A stretch of DNA of 64,000 nucleotides. Origin: Thermodesulfobacteriota bacterium (GTDB lineage: Bacteria; Desulfobacterota; Binatia; Bin18). A program made the translations under genes and the position numbers. Below are positions 55,373 to 64,000 of this stretch, one piece after another (within the stretch, counting starts at the first letter, position 1; each line of letters begins with the position of its first letter). Under the pieces are notes generated by a model. That model searched no databases and was not told where the DNA came from. It worked only from the letters and a program-made list of their open reading frames with translations. The stretch is taken from NCBI GenBank assembly GCA_964291405.2, contig OZ219926.1, positions 3,360,001 to 3,424,000 on the forward strand, given 5' to 3'.

Positions 55373-56347
55373 TTAGGGTGTTGACCGGGCGTTCGCCTGC
55401 CCGTTCACCCAGCGGGCAAATTTGTCCGTTTCATTCCGGGCCTGCCGCCACAGGAGTTGAACCGCGCGGTCCGGGTCCCAGCTGCCAGGCCGCTCAATGA
55501 AGTCAAAGCCCAGTTTATCCGGCGAGTCTTTAATGCTCGAACGGAGAAACGGATATTTATCCACCCATGCGGTGACAGGTGAATCGTAAAAATAAGGAAC
55601 GGCTTCGGAAGTAAAGCTTATGGCCCGACCCTGCCGGATGTCTTTCCGTTCACTGCTGATGTAGTCATGCTTATACTGACGGATCGCACGGGCCGTCTCA
55701 TAATAACCAAAGAGGACTCTGGCGCCGGCCACCACGCGCTTTTCTGCATCTCCTTGGCTTTGGCGGCCCAAGGTGCGGATACGATTCCTGGCCTCTCGTA
55801 CGCCCTTTTCGTAGACTGGAAGGGGGCCGGACAGCACGGCCAGCGTTTCCAGTCCGCGCAAGGTGGCGAGGGCCTGGTCGCCTATGGCACCCGTTCTCGC
55901 TTGCATCCCTTCCGGCAACGGTGCCGTCAACATGGTTTGCAGGCCGGCGACCGCCTGTTTCTCCTCTTTCTTCTCTTCTATCCGTTGCCAAATTTCGGGC
56001 TCAAAAAAGATCGGGCGTCGCTTCCCCTTACGGGCGACTAACAGCAGGACAGCCTTTTGCTTTTTCTGAGCATCACGGACTGCCTTGCGATAACTCTTAC
56101 AGTTTTGAATAGGCCAGCTATTCACTTGCTCAAGGACGTCGCCCTTGCGTAACCCAACGCGTGAGCCTGGGGTGAGCTGGGCAATCTCAGCAATAGGGAG
56201 ACCGGGTGCATCTTTTTGCTTGGTTGGATGGAGGGTGAGACCCAGATACTCTTGCGCTTCCTGACAGGGGTTTGCTCTGGCGGGAGACGGCTGAAAAAAG
56301 AAACTCAGTGTGATCACGGTCGCAAAAACAAAAGCAGAATATCTCAC
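55373..56347 (-). CDS. Exported PDZ-domain-containing hypothetical protein
   Basis: Signal peptide; YLGL...PGSRVGLRKGDVLEQVN..PI PDZ pattern; C-terminal part unrecognised. Confidence 0.65.
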   Translation of the reverse strand: MRYSAFVFATVITLSFFFQPSPARANPCQEAQEYLGLTLHPTKQKDAPGLPIAEIAQLTPGSRVGLRKGDVLEQVNSWPIQNCKSYRKAVRDAQKKQKAVLLLVARKGKRRPIFFEPEIWQRIEEKKEEKQAVAGLQTMLTAPLPEGMQARTGAIGDQALATLRGLETLAVLSGPLPVYEKGVREARNRIRTLGRQSQGDAEKRVVAGARVLFGYYETARAIRQYKHDYISSERKDIRQGRAISFTSEAVPYFYDSPVTAWVDKYPFLRSSIKDSPDKLGFDFIERPGSWDPDRAVQLLWRQARNETDKFARWVNGQANARSTP

Positions 56348-56519
56348 GGTGCTCTTCCTTCTCTCTTGGTTACCCGCATTTTATATATGGGAGCCTATCG
56401 AGTCCGGTCAAGGCGCATACCGGACGAAGTATGGTTGAAAGCGAGCCAGGGTTGTCGCTTCTACATCAACGGTAGCTAAGGGATTCGAATCGAAGCCTGA
56501 GGCCGGGCGGACGGTGGAG

Positions 56520-57374
56520 CTATCTCTCCCCCCAGCGAAGTTTGCTGCGCAGGACATCAAAGAAGGTCCGATTGGGGGAGATGATGAGCGGTACGGTCAC
56601 GCGAGAGCGTTGAATACACACGGTGTCCCCACTCTTGAGCGGATGCCCTTCTTGGCCGTCCAGGGTCAGGGTGACGTCCTCATCCGGAGTCTGAACCACA
56701 ACGTTGATATCGGCTTGGTCCGGGAGAATAACCGGGCGATTTGTCAGCGTATGCGGACAGATTGGCGTCAGCACGACAACGCCAAGCGAGGCATCAACAA
56801 TCGGCCCGCCCGCCGCCAGCGAATAGGCGGTCGAGCCGGTTGGGGTGGCGACAATGAGTCCGTCCGCTTTATAGGTACATAAGTGTTTGCCATCTACCCA
56901 GGTGGCAAGATCCATAATACGGGCCAGAGCCCCTTTATTAATGACCGCGTCATTCAGCGCCTGAAAAGTGCCAATCGGCTGCTTGTCGCGGACAAGTGTG
57001 GTCGTGAGCAGGCTGCGCCGGTCGATTGTATAATCGCCAGCGAGGATGCGTGTGAGCGTAGTAAACAGCTCTTCGGTCGTTGTTTCGGTTAAAAAGCCCA
57101 GCCCGCCAAGATTGACGCCAAGAATAGGTGCTTCCCGTGGCGTTGCCCGACGGGCAACGCTGAGCAGCGTCCCGTCACCGCCTAGCACGACAACCAGGTC
57201 GGCCTGGGCCATGATCTCGACTTTACGCCACCCTCGCCCCAGACCGAGCTCTTCACTGGTGCGGTCCTCCGGCAGAATGCTCTTACCGCGCTCTTGCAGC
57301 CAGGCAATTAGGTCGCGACCCAGCGCAATCGCTGCTGGCGTATTGACTTTGATGACCAGACCGATTGTCTGCAT
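56520..57374 (-). CDS. nadK: NAD kinase
   Basis: GGDGT, GVNLGGLGFL, ALND, DGLIVATPTGSTAYSLAAGGP, PICPH. Confidence 0.96.
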   Translation of the reverse strand: MQTIGLVIKVNTPAAIALGRDLIAWLQERGKSILPEDRTSEELGLGRGWRKVEIMAQADLVVVLGGDGTLLSVARRATPREAPILGVNLGGLGFLTETTTEELFTTLTRILAGDYTIDRRSLLTTTLVRDKQPIGTFQALNDAVINKGALARIMDLATWVDGKHLCTYKADGLIVATPTGSTAYSLAAGGPIVDASLGVVVLTPICPHTLTNRPVILPDQADINVVVQTPDEDVTLTLDGQEGHPLKSGDTVCIQRSRVTVPLIISPNRTFFDVLRSKLRWGER

Positions 57375-57436
57375 ATATCGAGCGGGGCGGTGAAGGCGCT
57401 CCCTTTTCTCCGTGTCTCGCGTATAATGGCCTACCT

Positions 57437-58801
57437 ATGGCAATCCGTCAGCCTCACCTGAAGGACCAGCATAATTTATTTGCTCATACTGCCGAAAAGG
57501 AAGTAACCAAGAAAGCCCCTCTGGCCGAGCGCATGCGACCCCAGACGCTGGATACCTATATTGGCCAGATGCATCTCCTCGGGCCGGGTCGCCTCCTGCG
57601 CCAAATGATCGAGCAGAAAACGCTGACGTCTCTGATCCTATGGGGGCCGCCCGGCAGTGGCAAAACGACCCTGGCCCGGGTGCTCGCCCAGGCTGTAGAA
57701 TTGCCATGGGCGAGCTTTTCAGCGGTGCTGTCCGGGGTTAAAGAGCTGCGTCTCATCCTGGCGGATGCGCAGCGGCACCAGCAGCAAACGGGGCAGTCGA
57801 CCGTTGTATTTGTGGACGAAATCCACCGTTTCAATAAAGCCCAACAGGACGCCTTTCTGCCGCATGTAGAACAGGGACTGATTATCCTGATTGGCGCAAC
57901 AACGGAAAATCCATCTTTTGAAGTGATTGCTCCTCTCTTGTCGCGCTCTCGCGTGGTGGTGCTGGAAGCGCTTGAAGCAGAGCATCTCGTCCAGATTCTG
58001 TCTCACGCCTTACAGGACACCGACTGCGGCCTTGGGCAGCATCAGATTGAAGCGGACGAAGCCGTGCTGCGGACCATCGCCGAGTCTGCGCAGGGAGATG
58101 CCAGGGTCGCCTTAAATACCCTTGAGGTGGCAACGACCCTGGCGGTCCAGAAAAAAGCCACATGCCTGGACGTGGCCCTGGTGCAAGAAGCAACCCAGCG
58201 GAAGGCGATCCTGTACGACAAGGCTGGGGAGGAACACTATAATGTCATTTCCGCCTTTATTAAGAGCCTGCGTGGGAGTGATCCCGATGCGGCCTTATAT
58301 TGGATGATGCGCATGCTGGAGGCGGGGGAAGATATTCTCTTTATTGCCAGACGGATGGTCATCTTCGCAGCCGAAGACATTGGCAATGCCGACCCGCAGG
58401 CATTGTCTCTGGCTATAGCGACCAAGGAAGCGGTGCATTTCGTCGGGCTGCCGGAGGCGCGTATTCCATTAGCCCAAGCCGCCACCTATCTTGCGGTCGC
58501 GCCCAAATCGAACGCGTCATATAAAGCCATGACCGCCGCCCAGGCAGATGTGCAGACCCATGGTCCTTTGCCCGTTCCGCTCCATTTGCGGAACGCGCCA
58601 ACAAAACTGATGAAAAACCTGGAGTATGGCAAGGGGTACCAGTATGCGCATGATTACGAAGATGCCGTTGTGACCCAGACTCATTTGCCTGAGAAGCTGA
58701 CCCAACGACGGTATTATCAGCCCAGCGACCGCGGCCATGAAAAAGTCATGGGTGAGAGGCTGAAGGCACGGCGGAAAAGGCGAACGGGCCCTCAGGACTG
58801 A
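57437..58801 (+). CDS. rarA: Replication-associated recombination protein A (MgsA AAA+ ATPase)
   Basis: PLAERMRP, WGPPGSGKTT, DEIHRFNKAQQD, ATTENPSF, SAFIKSLRGSDPD, VPLHLRNAPT. Confidence 0.96.
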   Translation: MAIRQPHLKDQHNLFAHTAEKEVTKKAPLAERMRPQTLDTYIGQMHLLGPGRLLRQMIEQKTLTSLILWGPPGSGKTTLARVLAQAVELPWASFSAVLSGVKELRLILADAQRHQQQTGQSTVVFVDEIHRFNKAQQDAFLPHVEQGLIILIGATTENPSFEVIAPLLSRSRVVVLEALEAEHLVQILSHALQDTDCGLGQHQIEADEAVLRTIAESAQGDARVALNTLEVATTLAVQKKATCLDVALVQEATQRKAILYDKAGEEHYNVISAFIKSLRGSDPDAALYWMMRMLEAGEDILFIARRMVIFAAEDIGNADPQALSLAIATKEAVHFVGLPEARIPLAQAATYLAVAPKSNASYKAMTAAQADVQTHGPLPVPLHLRNAPTKLMKNLEYGKGYQYAHDYEDAVVTQTHLPEKLTQRRYYQPSDRGHEKVMGERLKARRKRRTGPQD

Positions 58802-58875
58802 AACGGAGCGGATACCCGATGCCTGAGGCGGGGCGGCGTCTGCATCCGTGCTGCAATACGGAAGGAGAAATACAC

Positions 58876-60030
58876 ATGGCATACCCACCACCGGAACCTT
58901 TTACGATTGCTATTCCGGATGCGGTGCTGAAGGATCTGGAAAATCGGCTCAGCCGTGTTCGCTGGCCGGGCGAGCTGCCCGATTCAGACTGGGACTACGG
59001 CGCGAATCTTTCCTATATCCAGCAACTCGTTGAATACTGGCGCACTGAGTATGACTGGCGTGCTCAGGAACGGGCGCTGAATCGCTGGAAACATTTCAAA
59101 ACTACTATAGACGGACAGGGGATTCATTTTATCCATGCGCGTGGGAAAGGTCCCGTGCCGCTGCCGCTGATTATTTCGCACGGTTGGCCTGGCTCGTTTT
59201 ATGAGTTTATGGATGTGATTGGGCCGTTGACCGATCCCGCCGCCTATGGTGGTGACCCGGCCGACGCATTCGATGTGGTGGTGCCATCTCTACCGGGCTA
59301 TGGATTTTCCGACCCACCCCAAGAGCGCAAAGTCAATATCAGCCGCATGGCTGAGTGGTTCGCCGTCTTGATGAGAGAGGTCCTTGGCTATGAGCGCTAC
59401 GGTGCCCAGGGGGGCGACTGGGGCTCCATGATTTCGTCCCGGCTAGGCTATGCCTACCCTGAGCAGCTGATCGGTGTGCATCTCAATATGGTCGGGATCG
59501 CGCCCCACCCAGCCAACCGCCAAAACTTGAGCCCTGCGGAAGAGGAATTTCTAAAAGGTATGAGAACCTGGCAACGCGAGGAACGCGGCTACCAGGAAAT
59601 TCAGGGTACCAAGCCTCAGACCTTGGGCTTTGCACTCAACGACTCGCCGGTTGGAGTATGCGCCTGGATCGTTGAAAAGTTTCGGACTTGGAGTGACTGT
59701 GACGGAAATCCAGAAAACTCCTATACCAAAGACCAACTGCTGACCAACGTCATGATTTACTGGGTCACGCAGACCTTCCATGCGGCGTCCCGCATTTATT
59801 ATGAAGAGCGGCACTATCCGTGGCGGCTGGGAAAAGACGAAAAAGTGAGCGCACCCACCGGGATCGCCGCCTTTCCCAAAGAGATTGCCTGCCCGCCGCG
59901 GGAATGGGCCGAGCGGGCGTATAATGTTCAGCACTGGACTGCCATGCCGGCCGGCGGCCATTTTGCGGCCATGGAGCAGCCTGCGTTACTGGTCGAGGAT
60001 ATTCGGGCGTTCTTTCGCAGTCTGCGTTAA
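58876..60030 (+). CDS. Epoxide hydrolase (microsomal type with EHN domain)
   Basis: YDWRAQE, HGWPGSFYEF, PSLPGYGFS, GGDWG, GGHFAAME. Confidence 0.94.
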   Translation: MAYPPPEPFTIAIPDAVLKDLENRLSRVRWPGELPDSDWDYGANLSYIQQLVEYWRTEYDWRAQERALNRWKHFKTTIDGQGIHFIHARGKGPVPLPLIISHGWPGSFYEFMDVIGPLTDPAAYGGDPADAFDVVVPSLPGYGFSDPPQERKVNISRMAEWFAVLMREVLGYERYGAQGGDWGSMISSRLGYAYPEQLIGVHLNMVGIAPHPANRQNLSPAEEEFLKGMRTWQREERGYQEIQGTKPQTLGFALNDSPVGVCAWIVEKFRTWSDCDGNPENSYTKDQLLTNVMIYWVTQTFHAASRIYYEERHYPWRLGKDEKVSAPTGIAAFPKEIACPPREWAERAYNVQHWTAMPAGGHFAAMEQPALLVEDIRAFFRSLR

Positions 60031-60035
60031 GGTCG

Positions 60036-60740
60036 ATGGCCGACCAGCGCAGAATCATTCTCCACGGCTCACGGCGCTCACCTTTTGTGGAGAAGGTCTA
60101 TCGGGGCCTCATGCTCAAACGACTGCCGTTTGAGATACATGAGCCACACACGTTTCAGGACCTGCGGCGGCATAATCCCACGACGGGCAAGATGCCGGCG
60201 CTTGAGTTGGATGGGCGGCTGCTCTTTGATTCGACGTTTATCCTGCGTGCGCTTGACACCTACCAGCCGGACCCGCCACTACTGTCGGCCGATCCCCTGA
60301 TTGCCGCGCAACAACGCTTGATTGAGGATTGGGTGGACGAGTCCTTGTATTGGTATGGCATGGCCCTGCGGTGGACGATCCCGGCCAATGCAAAACGCGC
60401 ACTCCAGATTTTTGTGTCTGCGGCACCGCCGCTGTTGCGTCCTCTCATCAGGATCACGGCGCCACGCCTGATGCGGTCACAGGTTCGGGCTCAAGGGACG
60501 GGCCGTCTGCCCGCAGACATACTGGTACGCGAACTCGATGGGCACTTAGCGGCTTTGGTCAAGATGGTTGGGCGGGGTCCCTTCTTCTTTGGCCTGGACC
60601 AGCCTAGTGTTGCCGACCTGGCGGTCTACGGACAATTATTCTTCCTATACGACAAGGCTACACCCGAGGGCCAGGCAGTCGTTGAGAACTATCCCGCGTT
60701 GACCGACCTCTGTCTGCGTTTGGATGTGATGACCGACTAG
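60036..60740 (+). CDS. Glutathione S-transferase family protein
   Basis: SPFVEKV, NPTTGKMPAL, DSTFI, PSVADLAVY. Confidence 0.85.
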   Translation: MADQRRIILHGSRRSPFVEKVYRGLMLKRLPFEIHEPHTFQDLRRHNPTTGKMPALELDGRLLFDSTFILRALDTYQPDPPLLSADPLIAAQQRLIEDWVDESLYWYGMALRWTIPANAKRALQIFVSAAPPLLRPLIRITAPRLMRSQVRAQGTGRLPADILVRELDGHLAALVKMVGRGPFFFGLDQPSVADLAVYGQLFFLYDKATPEGQAVVENYPALTDLCLRLDVMTD

Positions 60741-60805
60741 GGACGGGACGCTTGGGTGAGCCTGTCTGCACTCACCGCTTTGAAGTCCTGTAAGCAAAGG
60801 AAGTT

Positions 60806-61189
60806 TCAGCCCTGGGCTTGCTGCGGGGTGATCTCAAAAGCGAAAGCCTCTTTATACCAGCCGATCCAGCGAAAGATGCGAGCCCGAAAATATTTGCGAA
60901 AGAAGAGCGGAAAAACAGTATTCCGGACCCGTTTCTCCTCCAGCCAGACTGCAATACCTTGGAAGCGGGTCGCACCTATCTGACAGGTGACGGTCGGCGT
61001 CTGTTTCAGGTTCTTGACCCACTGCGAGTTCGAACCTCGACCGGATGAGACATAAATCTTGTTCTGGGTGGCGACAAACCAGATTTTGACTGTGCGTGGT
61101 GTGCCCGTCTTTCGGCCGACGACGGTCAGTTCAAGGAGCGATTTGCGATTAAGGCTGGCAAGGCTATGTGGGTCGTTTACGTCGGTCAT
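60806..61189 (-). CDS. Deazaflavin (F420)-dependent nitroreductase-like split beta-barrel protein
   Basis: LTVVGRKTGTPRTVKIWF, SQWVKNL..TP.V. Confidence 0.8.
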   Translation of the reverse strand: MTDVNDPHSLASLNRKSLLELTVVGRKTGTPRTVKIWFVATQNKIYVSSGRGSNSQWVKNLKQTPTVTCQIGATRFQGIAVWLEEKRVRNTVFPLFFRKYFRARIFRWIGWYKEAFAFEITPQQAQG

Positions 61190-61199
61190 AGCGCCGCCG

Positions 61200-62297
61200 T
61201 CATTCCAGCGGACCGAAACGCCCCGCCGTGCCCTTGAGGTTCCGAGGCTCGATGATGATCGTCCGCTCCGGAGAGGCGACCGTCGTGCCGAGACGCCAAG
61301 CCTGGACGCCATGATCGGCGGCGATCTGTATCACACGCTCAGCCTCCGCCTCAGCAACCACGACGCAGAAGCCAATCCCCATATTGTAGACTTGGTACAT
61401 TTCCGCGTCAGTGATCTGTCCAACATCCTGTAACACCGTGAAGAGCGGCGGCGGCGGCGGAAGGGTATGAATATGATATCCCACTGCGGCCGCGGTCCGA
61501 GTAAGATTGAAGAAGCCGTCCCCAGTGATGTGAATAAGGGCTTTGAGCTGAACGTCAGCCGCAAACATGGCGGTGATTTCTGGAACATAAATATGGGTTG
61601 GTTCCAGCAGTTCTTCTCCGACGGTGCGTCCAAGTTCCTGCAGATAGCTATCGACCTTGAGTCGGGCATCTTTGAACAGCACCTGTCGGGCCAAGGTTAA
61701 GCCGTTACTATGGATGCCGCTGCTGGCAAGCCCGACCAGCGTATCGCCTGGCTCGACCTCTTTGCCGATAATAATACGGTCAAGCGGAACCGTACCGATG
61801 GCGGTCCCGGCGAGGTCCAGCCCGACGCCGTCCCGAACACCGTGAACCATCTCCCTGAGTTGCGCAATTTCTCCACCCGCAATATTGACCCTGGCCTGCT
61901 CTGCTCCACGATGCAGACCCTGACCTAAGGCGTCGAGCACATCCGGCTGTAAGCTCTCGACCGCAACATAATCAACAAACGAGATCGGGGTCGCGCCAAC
62001 GCACAACAAGTCGTTGACGTTCATGGCGATACAGTCAATGCCAACCGTATCGTATTTCCCCAGCAGCTCTGCCACCAGGAGTTTGGTCCCAACCCCATCG
62101 GTGGTAATGCCAATGCCGAGGCTGAGCGCGTCGAGACGAATGATGTTGGCAAAATATCCAAGAGGCAGAGCGGGCCGAGCAGTGGGGTGAAAAGAGAAGG
62201 TTTGTTCGACCCAGGCACGGAGTCGATTTAAGCCCGCTTCGGCCTGTGTGCTATCGACGCCTGAGGCAGCATACCGTGGGTCTCTCACGTGATCCAT
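61200..62297 (-). CDS. purM: Phosphoribosylformylglycinamidine cyclo-ligase (AIR synthase)
   Basis: YAASGVD, DGVGTK, GID..AM.VND, GGE, SSGIHSNG, LLEPT.IY, HITG, YNMGIGF; start placed at ATG 62297. Confidence 0.95.
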   Translation of the reverse strand: MDHVRDPRYAASGVDSTQAEAGLNRLRAWVEQTFSFHPTARPALPLGYFANIIRLDALSLGIGITTDGVGTKLLVAELLGKYDTVGIDCIAMNVNDLLCVGATPISFVDYVAVESLQPDVLDALGQGLHRGAEQARVNIAGGEIAQLREMVHGVRDGVGLDLAGTAIGTVPLDRIIIGKEVEPGDTLVGLASSGIHSNGLTLARQVLFKDARLKVDSYLQELGRTVGEELLEPTHIYVPEITAMFAADVQLKALIHITGDGFFNLTRTAAAVGYHIHTLPPPPPLFTVLQDVGQITDAEMYQVYNMGIGFCVVVAEAEAERVIQIAADHGVQAWRLGTTVASPERTIIIEPRNLKGTAGRFGPLE

Positions 62298-62417
62298 ATG
62301 CCGCCCCACTCTACCGAATCTCTTATCCGAAGGCAATTGTCTGGCTTTGCCCTTGACTCCATACAGAGCCACGCTCACTATGAAAGAGAGTCTTGCGAGA
62401 CTGTATGTCAGACGCCT

Positions 62418-64000
62418 ATGTATGAAGCCTTTTACGGTTTTCAGGAAAATCCGTTCCGCCTCACCCCAGACCCCCGTTACCTCTTTCTGAGCGCCAATCA
62501 CCAGGAAGCCCTTGGTCATCTCCTATTTGGGGTGAATGAAGGCAATGGCGTGGTGGTCCTGACCGGAGAAATTGGCGCGGGGAAAACGACGCTTCTGCGG
62601 ACCCTGGCAGGCGATCTGGATGCGTCGACAACACTGGCGTATCTCTTTAATCCCGCGCTGTCCGATGTCGAACTCTTGCAAGCGATCAATGCTGACCTGG
62701 GACTATCGGCCGACTCGACGAGCAAAAGAGAGTTAACCGACGAACTCAACCGTTTTCTTCTCGCCCAACAGGCCGCGGGACGACGGGTGGTGGTGATTAT
62801 CGATGAAGCTCAGAATCTGGCAGCATCGGTCTTAGAACAGCTCCGTCTCCTCTCTAACCTTGAGACCGAACGAGAAAAACTGCTGCACATCATTCTTGCC
62901 GGGCAACCAGAGTTGCGCGAAATTCTGGCCCAGCCAGAACTTGCTCAACTCGACCAGCGCGTGACCATACGCTGGCATCTTGAGCCACTGGGCGTAAAAG
63001 AAACCGCAGCCTATGTCCGACACCGCCTCAGCGTTGCCGGAGACGGCCGAGAAGTCCCGCTTTTTTCGCCTGCGGCCCTGCGGCAGGTGTACCGTTTTTC
63101 GCGCGGGATCCCGCGACTCGTCAATATTCTGTGCCACCGTGCGCTATTGGTTGGCTATACTCAAGAAGAATCGTGCATACGGCCAAAGACAATTCGGCAG
63201 GCGATTAGGGAATTGCGTCGTCATACGACTCGTAGCCCGCGCTTTCGCTGGTCACCGGCCACTGCGGCAATCGTACTCGTTGTTGGCGGATTCCTGCTGG
63301 TCTGGGGAAGCTTTGATATTCCTGCAGCGTGGAATCAACTGGATATGTGGGCATCCCGCGAAGATGCACAACGCCCTCCTCTAGCGAACACTTTTTCCGT
63401 ACTGGAAACGCCGCCAGGCGTTTCTCAGGAAGTACAGAAAGGGACGGAAACGCCGCCCTTCACTTTGGAGCCGCGAGTTGGAGACCTTGCCGTTGTAACA
63501 TCCTCCCCTCAGGAATTATTCCACGCGCTCCAGCAGGACGAGACGCTGTCCAGTGCGGTGCGAGCAACACGCGAGCTGATTGCCACGTGGCGGGGGTCGC
63601 CTTTGGAAGAAACTGAGTGGCAGGGCGGGAAACTCGACCTTGCCGCCATTGCCGCCGCTCGTCAGCTTGAGCATCTGCCCGTGCGGAGCGATATTCGCCT
63701 CCTGACCCTGCTGGACCTGCCAGTGATGATCGGTTTGGCCATTCCTCCCTCTCAGCAGATACGCTTTGCTTTGATCCGCCAGATGACAGATACCCACTGC
63801 CGTATCCGGCTTGAGAGAGATTACGTCGTGCCACTCGAAGCGATTACGCAGCGCTGGTTTCGAGAAGCGCACGTCTTTTGGAAAAACTACGAAGAGATCC
63901 GCACAACCCTGGCTATGGGCAGTAGTGGCCCGGCGGTCGGGAAATTACAAACCTTATTGGCCGACGTCCCCACGCCGTCCCATATGGGAACCCTGCTCGT
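62418..64000 (+). CDS. exeA: ExeA/GspA general secretion pathway protein A (AAA ATPase + peptidoglycan-binding domain), partial at the right edge
   Basis: Hand translation MYEAFYGFQENPFRLTPDPRYLF...LTGEIGAGKTT, IIDEAQNL, LRLLSNLET, GQPEL; ends LAMGSSGPAVGKLQTLL (start of a PG-binding domain). Confidence 0.9.
   Translation, partial: MYEAFYGFQENPFRLTPDPRYLFLSANHQEALGHLLFGVNEGNGVVVLTGEIGAGKTTLLRTLAGDLDASTTLAYLFNPALSDVELLQAINADLGLSADSTSKRELTDELNRFLLAQQAAGRRVVVIIDEAQNLAASVLEQLRLLSNLETEREKLLHIILAGQPELREILAQPELAQLDQRVTIRWHLEPLGVKETAAYVRHRLSVAGDGREVPLFSPAALRQVYRFSRGIPRLVNILCHRALLVGYTQEESCIRPKTIRQAIRELRRHTTRSPRFRWSPATAAIVLVVGGFLLVWGSFDIPAAWNQLDMWASREDAQRPPLANTFSVLETPPGVSQEVQKGTETPPFTLEPRVGDLAVVTSSPQELFHALQQDETLSSAVRATRELIATWRGSPLEETEWQGGKLDLAAIAAARQLEHLPVRSDIRLLTLLDLPVMIGLAIPPSQQIRFALIRQMTDTHCRIRLERDYVVPLEAITQRWFREAHVFWKNYEEIRTTLAMGSSGPAVGKLQTLLADVPTPSHMGTLL

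Noticed and set aside
56398-56519. Possible tRNA or structured ncRNA (TTCGAATCCC on the minus strand, two local hairpins)
   Set aside because: No cloverleaf, acceptor stem or recognisable RNA family motif; an Infernal/Rfam scan would be needed.
62298-62519. N-terminal extension of purM in the ORF track
   Set aside because: It overlaps the exeA start on the opposite strand; PurM homology begins near 62297.
1-64000. CRISPR array, integron attC array, IS/transposase or prophage
   Set aside because: No regularly spaced repeats and no transposase, integrase or phage structural genes were seen by eye.

Overview
GC-rich (~60%) bacterial chromosome segment, densely coding. I saw no rRNA, tRNA, CRISPR array, transposase or integrase. 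The gene mix (4 luciferase-like monooxygenases, 3 class III CoA-transferases, 3 amidohydrolases, MaoC dehydratases, P450, Rieske oxygenase, LigAB-type dioxygenase, tandem TonB-dependent receptors) suggests a diderm catabolic generalist such as Binatota/'Deltaproteobacteria'; this is inference only. Housekeeping genes lie at the right end (nadK, rarA, purM, partial exeA). Main points: (1) a complete nurA-herA-sbcD(mre11)-sbcC(rad50) operon, the gene set of archaeal double-strand-break resection, at 23066-30273; (2) an integrase-less 1.65-kb cassette encoding a split vitamin-K-dependent-carboxylase/HTTM (SdpAB-like) pair, flanked by a 58-bp duplication of the 5' end of tam (11127-12896); (3) a degraded ABC-ATPase + PIN module followed by a degenerate copy of the adjacent MFS gene's 3' end, either a second insertion or a consensus artefact; (4) an operon joining a TcuA-like flavoprotein, an ICL/PEP-mutase-family lyase and an MmgE/PrpD protein that closely resembles animal ACOD1/IRG1. 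Also present: two type II TA modules with operator palindromes, REP-like palindromes, two frameshifted genes and a CDF-transporter remnant. Functional calls come from motif recognition by eye; no searches were run.
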